Of a DNA stretch of 64,000 nucleotides, positions 1 through 9,600 are shown piece after piece. The translations under genes and the position numbers were made by a program. Below the pieces are notes generated by a model that saw only the letters and a program-made list of their open reading frames with translations, was not told the DNA's origin and searched no databases. How positions within the stretch are numbered: position 1 is the first letter of the stretch; the number at the start of each line of letters is the position of its first letter. The stretch covers positions 3,727 through 67,726 of the forward strand of contig CAZVZH010000002.1 in the NCBI GenBank assembly GCA_964630705.1, written 5' to 3'. The stretch is from an uncultured Saprospiraceae bacterium (lineage in GTDB: Bacteria; Bacteroidota; Bacteroidia; Chitinophagales; Saprospiraceae).

Positions 1-69
1 GCCGCCAACAGGCAGCAGGCGGTCAGTAATTTTTGCATGGTCGTTGAATTTGGGGCATAATTACAAAAA

Positions 70-504
70 CTACCCGACTTGCCCCCGGTAGGCCATAATT
101 TGGGCCAGGGCCAAAAAGAAAAACACGGCGCCGGTGAGCACGATCGGCGGTAAAAAGGTAAAAACAGCCATCACGGCGAAGCAAATGCCGAACACCAACA
201 GGTTGATCCACAGGGCGCCGGTCACGAAAGCGCGGCTGGTGGCATGACGCAGCAAATGCCAGTTGAGGAGTCCGCCGAACAGGTACAACAGGGAAAAACA
301 AGCGCTGAGAGCGATCATCAGTTCTTCCATTGACACGCTGGAGCCGGCGAGGTCTTGCCGGTAGTTGCGCATCAGGTCGATCAGCGTTTTTTCCGTTTCG
401 TTTTTCGCTACCGGATCGTTGAAAAAACTCAGGCTGTGGATGGCGGCAGTCATCCACTGCAGAACGATAGCCGTTTTGAACCAGATTTTAAAATTGCTCA
501 GCAT
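70..504 (-). CDS. hypothetical integral membrane protein (about 4 TM helices)
   Basis: 144-aa ORF with four hydrophobic stretches (e.g. LMIALSACFSLLYLFGGLL, GALWINLLVFGICFAVMAVFTFL, IVLTGAVFFFLALAQIM). No family recognised. Confidence 0.55.
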   Translation of the reverse strand: MLSNFKIWFKTAIVLQWMTAAIHSLSFFNDPVAKNETEKTLIDLMRNYRQDLAGSSVSMEELMIALSACFSLLYLFGGLLNWHLLRHATSRAFVTGALWINLLVFGICFAVMAVFTFLPPIVLTGAVFFFLALAQIMAYRGQVG

Positions 505-644
505 GGTTTTGATTTTTTTGAAAACATAAATCCGCGGTATCCGCTTAAATCCGGGTCATCTGCGCTCCAATTCATCTAAGCCAGTGGATCAGGATAGGAG
601 CGCGGATGACGCAGATTAGGGCGGATAGCAGCGGAATGCTTCGA

Positions 645-3600
645 TTAATCGACGATGGTTACATCCCCTTTCATCACAATTTTTTGCCCGCTGGCCAATT
701 CCACTTCCGCCCACCACACAAATACGGCGGGGTTCATAGGCTGGCCCCGGAAGCGCCCGTTCCAGCCATACTTCTCATCGTTGGGCTGAATGTTTTCCTT
801 GCGGAACACCTGGTTGCCCCAGCGGTCATAAATCTGCAAAGAGTTGATTTTGTTGACCGTGTTGGGTGCGGCAAAAATCAGGAACACGTCGTTTTTCCCG
901 TCTTCGCGGTTCGGACTGATGGCGTTGGGCGCCCAGATGTGCGGATCGTCGACCCGGACAATGACGGTTGCCCGGTCTTCGCAACCTTCCAGGTTAATCA
1001 CCCGCACCTCGAATTGGGTGGTGGTAAACGGCCGTGCTACCACCACGTTGGGTTTGTTAGTTGGCGTCAGGAATTCCAGGGGCGACCAAATGATGGTGTC
1101 TACCTGGTAGATCGGAATGTTGAGCGTAGCCGTAAGGGTGGCCGATTCTCCGTAGGCCAGTGAAATATCCGGATTTAGTCCTACCGCCGGCTCAACCGGC
1201 ACCGGGAACGTCAGGTTTTCCGAGTACTCACATCCGTTGGCATCCTGGATGACCAATTGGTATTGGCCCGGGTTGAGGTTCTGAAAATCGTTGACCGTCA
1301 GGAAGGTGTTCCCGCCGTCGATGGAATACAGGTAGGGACTGTCGCCGCCCAACACTTCCACAAAACGGATCGTGCCTTTTTTGCCGCCGCAGCCCGGCGG
1401 GTCGGTGAACAAGTTGAGGTCGGTGGGATAGTTCGTGTTTTCCGTCACCAGAACGGCGTCGGTAGCCGTACAACCCGTTTGAGTATTGGTCACCAGCAGG
1501 GTGTAGGTGCCTGGCGCGTCGACCTGAGGCGCGACGGCATTGGGCGACGACAAAATGTTTCCATCCGTTGTCGACCACAAGTAAATGAATTGTGGTCCGT
1601 TCGACGAGCCGTTGGCGTTTAACAATCCTGCTTCCACCGAGCAGGTAAGTTCGAAACCTGTACCGGCCTCGGCCGTGGGCGGCTGTATGTTTTGCGTAAC
1701 CGTGGTAGTCGCGCTGGAGGTACAACCGTTTTGATTGTTGACTATCGACAACTGGTAGCTGCCCGGCAGGTTGACCACTGGCTGCAAACTATTGGCCCCG
1801 GAAACGATCCCCGGCCCATTCCAGGAATAGCTGTACTGCGGTCCCTGCGCGCTGGCCGTAGCGTTTACCGGCACCTGGCTGACCACGCAGCTAAGCAGGC
1901 CCGGATGGGCGATACCAATAGCCGGAGCTTGGGTATCGGTAGGTACCAGTACCTGGTCGGTATTGGTACAGCCGTTGTACAGGTCATGGACGACCAGGGT
2001 GTACGTTCCCCCGGTATTCACCATTGGGCTGGCGGTATTGGCCCCGGAAAGGATATTTCCATTCACCGTCGACCAGGCATAGCCGATTCCCAGTGCGCCG
2101 CCCGTTCCCAAGCCATTCAGCGAAAGTTGGGTGATGGCGCAAGTTAGCGTACCGGCTGTTCCGGCTTCGGCTGTCGGTGGCGTGATGTTTTGGCTAACGG
2201 TCACTGTTTGGGTTTCGGAACAGCCGTTAGCGCTGTTGGTCACTTTTAGGGTATAACTGCCGGGTTGGCTGACGACCGGCGACAAGCCCGCGGCTCCGCT
2301 TTGTATCGCCCCGTCGGGGGTGCTCCACTGGTAACTGAAATTGGCGCCCACGCTACTGCCGGCCCCGCTCAGCGTAAGTTGCGGCACATTGCAGGTGAGC
2401 TCGCCCGGCGTGCTGGCGGCGGCAACCGGCGCATTGGCGTCTTGCAGAATTTGCACACTGGCTGTTGTCGTGCAGCCGTTCGACAGGTTGGTCACCACTA
2501 ACGTGTACAAACCCGGGGCGCCGATGGTCGGTTGCAGGGTGGTATCGCCCGACAGGATTTGTCCGTTGGCCGTACTCCATTCATAGCTGAAAACCGGCCC
2601 AGTACTGCTTCCGGCCCCGTTCAGCTGAAGGCTGGGCGTCGTGCAGGTGAGCGTGGTGCTGTTTCCCGCGGCCGCCGTTGGGGCCTGGATATTTTGATTG
2701 ACGGTGACCGAACTGGTCGATGTACACTTGTTATTGTTGTTCGTGACGGTCAGGATGTACAAGCCCGGCGCATTTACCGAAGGCAACAGCGTAGTTGCGC
2801 CAGCCGTGATATTGCCGCCATTTTGGGCAACCCATTGGTAGCTGAATTGCGCGCCGGCGCTGCTGCCGTTGCCATTCAGCACGACGACCGGACTTGAACA
2901 AGTCAGCAATGGCGCTGCGGCCGTAGCCGCTGTGGGCAGGTTTACATTTTGTGAAATAGCGACCTGGTTGGTGGCGGTACAGAAATTGTCGAGGTTCGTC
3001 ACCGTCAGCACGTACACGCCCGGGGCATTGACGACAGGGTTCAGGCTGTTCGCCCCGGAAAGAACATTGCCGTTGGCGGTAGTCCAGCCGTATTGAACAT
3101 TGCTACCCACATTGCTAGCCGAGCCGTTGAGTGTGAGCGTTGTGTTGATGCAATTCAGCTCGGCGGTAGGACCTGCATTGGCCGTTGGCGGGGCTATATT
3201 TTGCGCAACCGTGGTGGACGCTGTGGTTGTGCATCCGTTGGCCGTGTTGGTGATCACCAGGTTGTACACCCCGGGTTTGTTCACCACCGGCGCCGGGCTG
3301 CTGCCGCCCGAGAGGATGTTGCCACCGACAGTTGTCCATTTGTAAGTAAACTGGGCGCCGGCACTGCTCCCGGCGGTGCTGAGCGTGGTTTGACTGACCA
3401 GGCAGTTGAGTACTGCCGGCGTGCCGATTTGTGCAATGGGTGGGACTACATCCACAACTACTGTGGTGGCATCTGTGGAGGTGCAGCCATTGCTGGGGTT
3501 GGTGACGAGCAGTGAATAAGTGCCGGCCGCATTCACCACCGGCGAAAGCGTGGTGTTGCCGCTGACAATATTGCCGCCGTTGGAAGCCGTCCATTGGTAA

Positions 3601-6600
3601 GTGAAATTGGGCCCGACGCTGGTGCCGGCGCCATTGAGGGTAATTTGGCTGGCTACACAAGTGAGGGCCATGCCCGGGCCGGCTTCTGCTTGCGGGGTAT
3701 TTTGGTCCAATAAAATTTGAACCGAGGAGGAGGCTGTACATCCCGTTTGGGTGTTTGTTACCACCAACAGGTAATTCCCCGAGCGGTCGATCTGCGGGTT
3801 GAGGCTGGTAGCGCCGGAAAGGATGTTTCCATTCACCGTACTCCACTGGTAGCTGTACGAACTGCCCTGGCTGGACCCACTGCCGTTCAAGGTCAAAACC
3901 GGGTTGGAGCAAGACAAGACGGCCGGGCTTCCGGCGTTGGCCACTGGGGGCGTCAGGTTCTGTGCAACGTTGACGCTGAACAGCGCCTCGCAGTTGTTGC
4001 TGCTGTTGAACACTGTCAGGGTATACTGCCCGGGCGCATTGACGGTCGGCGTGAGGGTGTTGGCTCCGGAAACAATGTTTCCTCCAGTGGTTGTCCAGTT
4101 GTATTGAATGCCCGCGCCGCTGGTAGAGCCAGTTCCATTTAATTGAATTTGTGTTACCGTGCAGGTCAGCAAACCGGGGGCCACCGCGATGGCTGTCGGC
4201 ACGTTCGCGTCTTTGTTGACCGACACCGAAGCGGTAGCCGTGCAGCCGTTGATGGTATCGGTAACTAATAAGGTATAATTCCCTGGAGCGTCTACTACCG
4301 GGCTAAGCGTGTTCGCCCCGGAGGCGATACTGCCGTTGGCTGTTGTCCAGAGGTAAACAAAAGCGGGTCCGGTGCTACCGCTGCCAGAAAGCGCAACCGT
4401 GGTAGCTGTGCAGGTGATGAGTCCGGGCGGGCCGGCATTGGCGTTGGGCAAGGCGGTGTTTTGTGAAATGTTGACCTGACTGGTAGCCGTGCAGCCGTTG
4501 GTCGTATTGGTAACCAACAAACTGTAGGCGCCGGGCTGGTCGACCACCGGGATGAGCGTGGTAGCGCCGGAAACGATGTTGCCGCCCGGGGAGCTGGTCC
4601 ACTGGTAGGTAAATGGCGCGCCGGTACTCGATCCGTTGCCGTTCAGGCTCAGTTGAGTATTGATACAATTTAACACAGCTGTTGGGCCGGCAACCGCAGT
4701 GGGAGTAGCCACGTCGGCCGGAATCAGCACGCTGGAAGCGGCTGTACAGCCGTTGGTCGTATTGGTAATGAGCAGGTTGTATGCGCCAGGCTGATTGACG
4801 ATCGGTGTCAGGGTGGCGCCGCCGGAAACAATGCCGGGTCCCGTCCAGGCGTAGATGAATTCGCTGCCCTGGCTGGAATTGGTTCCGTTGAGGCTCAGGC
4901 TGGTGACGAGGCAGTTCAGGGTGCTGGGCGGACCGGCGTTTGCCGTGGGCACGCTGGCGTCGGCGGTAACGGTGGTGGAAGCCGTTGCGGTACAGCCATT
5001 GGTCGAGTTCGTTACTATAAGGGTGTAATTACCCGTCGCACTGACTACCGGGTTGAGGGTCGTTTGTCCTGAAACAATGTTCCCGGCGAGGGTAGTCCAG
5101 TTGTAGCTGAAACCCGGGCCGGCGCTGGAGCCGGTACCGTCGAGCGTCAAGGTCGTAACTGTACAGCTCAGCACGCCGCCCAGCGCCACCGTGGCCGTTG
5201 GCAAAGCGGTGTTTTGATTTACGGTTACCGACGCGGCTGCCGTGCATCCGGTTTGGGTATTAATCACCGACAGTTCATAATTGCCAGGGGCGTTGACCAC
5301 TGGCGTGAGGGTATTCGCTCCCGACACAATATTGCCGTTTTGGGTGGTCCACACATAATTATACTGGGAACCCTGGGAAGAGCCGTTGCCGTTCAGGCTG
5401 AGTTGCTGAGCGGTACAGGTCAGCGTTTGGGCAGGCCCGGCGTCTGCTGTGGGGAAGGTTTGCGCGCTGGTCACCTGCACGGTTGTTTGGGCCGTGCAAC
5501 CATTTTCCACATTATACACCGTCAGGACATAAGCGCCCACCTGGTTGACCGTCGGCGTCAGGGTAAGGTGGCCGCTGACAATGTTGCCGTTGGTCGTCGT
5601 CCATTCATAGAAAAACGGATACCCCGCGGAAGAGCCCTGGCCGTTGAGCGTGGTTTGTGGATTTTGGCAGGTGATCGAAGCGGAAGGAATGGCGGTGGCC
5701 ACTGGCGGCGTGAGGTCTTGAGTCACGGTGACTGATGCCGTCGCGGTGCAGGCATTGTCGGTATTTACCACCACCAAATGGTAGGTGCCCACCTTGTCGA
5801 CTTCCGGGTAGGGTGTGCCGTTGCCACTGATGATATTGCCGTTCGGAGTCGTCCAGTTGTAATCAAAATTATTGCCCTGAGAGGAACCGCCGGCATCGAG
5901 TTGAACGGTGCTGAAGGTACAGTTCAGTTGCTGTGCAGGCGCGATGTCTGCCGTTGGATAAATAATATTGTCGTCGATAAACACTTCGTCTTCATCTGTA
6001 CAGCCGTTGGCGGTGTTCGTCACGATCAGGGTGTAAAAACCATAGGCGTTCACCACCGGGTTGAGCGTGTTGGCGCCGCTGACAATATTGCCGGGGTTGG
6101 CGACCCATTGGTAGCTAATGCCGTTGCCGGTGGAGGAGCCGCTGCCGCTGATTTGCAAGCTGGGGCTGGCGCAGGTCAGCTCGTCGTCGCTGCCGGCAAA
6201 AGCCAGGGGAGCGTTCTGGTCGGCCAAAATCGTGACCGAGCTCGAAGCCGTACAACCGTTGTTGAGGTTGGTTACGGTCAGGGAGTAGTTGCCGGCTTGA
6301 TCGACCACAGGGTTGAGCGTGTTTTCACCACTCACGATATTGCCGTTCGAGGTATACCATTCGTAAACAAAATTATTCCCTTGCGAGCCGCTGCCATTCA
6401 GCGTCAGTTGGGCCTGGTTGCAATTGAGCGTGGCGCCCGGTCCGGCGTTGGCTTGCGGCGGATTCAAACTGGCGATCACGATCACTGAGGCGGTGGCGGT
6501 GCAACCGCTTTGGGTGTCGGTGACGAGCAGGTTGTAGGTGCCGGCCTGGTTGACGGTCGGGTAGGGCGAGTTTTGGCCGCTGACAAAATTGCCGTTGGTA

Positions 6601-9600
6601 GTCGTCCAGGTAAAATTGATGTTAGTACCTTGAGTGGAAGCCCCGGCGTCGAGGTCGATTTGTGGCGAATAACAATTGACCTGTTCCGGCGGAGCGATGA
6701 GCGCTACCGGCTGGTCGAAATTGGCGTTTACTTCCACAAAATCCTCCGTCGTGCAACCATTGTTCGTATTCGTCACTACCAGATAGTACACACCCGGTTG
6801 GTTGACCGTGGGCGTGTACGTGTTGGCGCCATTGACAATGTTGCCCGGGTTGGCGGTCCACTGGATGGTGATGCCCGAGCCGCTGGTGCCCGAGCCTTGC
6901 AGTTGTTGGGTTGGGTTCAGGCAATTGAGCAGGAGCGGCGGTCCGGCATTCGCGTTCGGATAATTTTGGTTGGAGCTGACATTTACCGAGGCGGTGCTGG
7001 TGCAGCCGTTGGCCTGGTTGGTTACCTGGAGCACATAAGTGCCCGCCTGGCCCACCACGGGGTTGAGTGTGGTTTCGCCGCTGATAATTTCACCGTTGGT
7101 GGTCGTCCATTCATAGGTGAAATCAGGCCCTGCGCTGGAGCCGTTGCCGTTCAGGGTGAGCATCGGATTGGCGCAGGTGAGTAAGCCCGGCGCGGTAGCC
7201 ACCGCTACCGGAGGCGTGAGGTTGGAACTTACGCTTACCGAGCTGGTGGCGGTACAGCCGCTATCGGTGTTGGTCACGACGAGGGTATAGGTGCCGGCCT
7301 GGTTGACCGTTGGGTTGCTGGTATTTTGTCCGCCGGTGAAGTTGCCGGGGTTAGCCGTCCAGTTGTACGTAATGTTGCCCCCCTGCGAAGAGCCGCTGGC
7401 GTCGAGGTCAATTTCAGGATTGTAACAATTGATCTCCGCCGGGGGGGCGATGCTCGCCGTAGGCACGTCGAAGTTAGCCGTCACTTCCACAAAATCCGCA
7501 CTGGTGCAACCATTGGTCGTATTGGTCACCACCAAGGTGTACAAACCAGGTTGGTTGACCGTAGGCGTGTAGCTGTTGGCGCCGCTGACGATATTGCCGG
7601 GGTTGGCTGTCCACTGAACATTAAAGTTCGGGCCGGTGCTGCCAGAGCCTTGCAGTTGCAGGGTTGGCTGGGTGCAGTTCAACTCCAGCGGAGGCCCGGC
7701 ATTGGCGTCGGGTTGGTCCTGGTTGTCGTTGACATTGACCGTTACGGAGGCGGTGCAGCCGTTGTCGTTGTTGGTTACCACCAATGTGTAACTGCCGCCC
7801 TGGTTGACCACCGGGTTGAGGGTGGTTTCGCCGCTGACGAAGTTTCCGTTGACGGTCGTCCATTCATAGGAAAAATTCGGTCCGGTACTGGAGCCGTTTC
7901 CATTGATGGTCAGGGTTGGGTTTTGGCAGGTGATGGTTCCATTGGCCACGGCTACCGCTACGGGCGGCGTCAAGTTTGCCGTGACCGTGACGCTGGAGCT
8001 GGCCGTGCAATTGTTGTCGGTATTGGTGACGACGAGGGTGTAGGTGCCGCCCTGGTTGACGGTGGGGTTGGTGGTGTTTTGGCCCCCGGTGAAATTGCCG
8101 GGGTTGGCCGTCCAGTTGTACGTAAAATTGCCGCCTTGAGAGGAGCCGCTGCCGTCGAGTTCTATTTCCGGGTTGTTGCAATCTACCACAATGGGCGGCG
8201 CGACGGTCGCAGTGGGAAGGTCGGTATTTCCGCTCACCGTAACCGTCGCTTCTGCGGTACAGCCGTTGTTGGCGTTGGTGACTAAAATGCTGTATTCGCC
8301 GGCCTGGTTGACCTGAGGTTGCAGCGTGTTGGTGCAGCAGACGAAATTGCCGCCGTTGGTGCTCCAGGTGTAGCTGATGCCTGGGCCGGTGGAGGTGCCG
8401 ATGCCATTCAGGGTGACGACCGGCAGGTTGCAGCCGATATTTTGCGGGGTGTTGATATTCGCGTTCGGCGGCGTGTTATTTTCCGTGACGGTGACGGCTA
8501 CGGTGGCCGTGCAGCCGTTGTCGTTGTTGGTGACGGTGAGCGTGTAAGTGCCGCCGGCATTTACCTGGGGTTCCAGAGTATTGCCGCAACAAGTGATGCC
8601 CGGGCCATCCCACTCGTACGTAAACTGGGAGCCTTGCGACGAGCCGGTGCCGTTGATCGTAATTTCAGTATTGGTACAGGTGATCGGCGGCGGTGCGCTG
8701 GCTACGGCAGTGGGTAGGGTAGTGTTGGCTGTAATGCTGACCGTAGCGGTCGTGGAGCAGTTGTTGTTGTCGGTCACTGTGACGGTGTAGGTGCCTCCGG
8801 TGGTAAAGGTGGGGTCTTCGCCGTTGAAGTTATTGCTCCAGTTGAAATTGTACCCTGGGGTGCCGCCGCTCACTTCCAGGTCGGCGCTACCGGTGGGGTT
8901 GTTGCAATCGATATTGGTCGAACTGGTTACGCTGGCGGTCAGCTGGGGCGGTTCATCGAGGGTTACGCTTTCCGTAGCCGTGCAGCCCTGGCCGTTAGTA
9001 GCAGTCACCGTGTAGGTGCCAGGCGGCAGGTTCGATTGGTTGGGTCCGGTACCGCTGGGCGCCCAGGCATACGTGAAGGGCCCGTTTCCGCCGCTGGCGC
9101 TGGCTTGTATGGAGCCGTTGTTAGCGCCGAAACAGAGCGGATCGGTTGCGTTCAGGCTCAGATCGACGGTGATTTCATTGATGGTGACTGTTCCGCTGAC
9201 GGTGCCGGTACAGCCGTTTTGCGTGCTGACACTGGTGAGCGAGTAGGTGCCGGGTTCCGTTACGGTAATGATGGCCGGACTGCTGGTGTAGGTGTAGGTT
9301 TCGTTGGTGCCGTTGTTGTTAAATTCTACCTCCCAGGGCCCGATGCCGGTCATGGTGATGGTCAGGTTGACCGGCGTATTGCTGCCGGCGCAAAAGAACC
9401 CTGAGCCGGAAAGCGTGGCGGTGGGCGCAGGCTCGATGGTCACCGTGGCGGAGGCTGTAGCGGTGGTGCCGCAGTCGTCGCTTACCGTAACGGTGTAAGT
9501 ATGGGTGCCCGGGGTGTTCACGGTGATAGAAGGCGTAGTAGCATTATTGCTCCACAAATAGGTGTAGGGCGGCAGGCCTGGGCTGGTAATGTCCGGACTT

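Noticed and set aside
1-69. Possible end of a gene at the left window edge (plus-strand frames close at 27-29 or 58-60).
   Set aside because: Only about 20 codons are visible and carry no diagnostic sequence, so no call can be supported.
504-645. Imperfect hairpin (CATCCGCGCTCC ... GGAGCGCAGATG on the minus strand, 28-nt loop) after the adhesin gene as a terminator.
   Set aside because: The stem has a mismatch, the loop is very large and no U-tract follows. This is not strong enough to annotate.
1425-8720. Regularly spaced ~240-bp repeats that could superficially suggest a CRISPR-like or satellite array.
   Set aside because: The repeats are long, divergent, in-frame and encode a conserved protein module. 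There are no short identical repeats separated by unique spacers and no cas genes.
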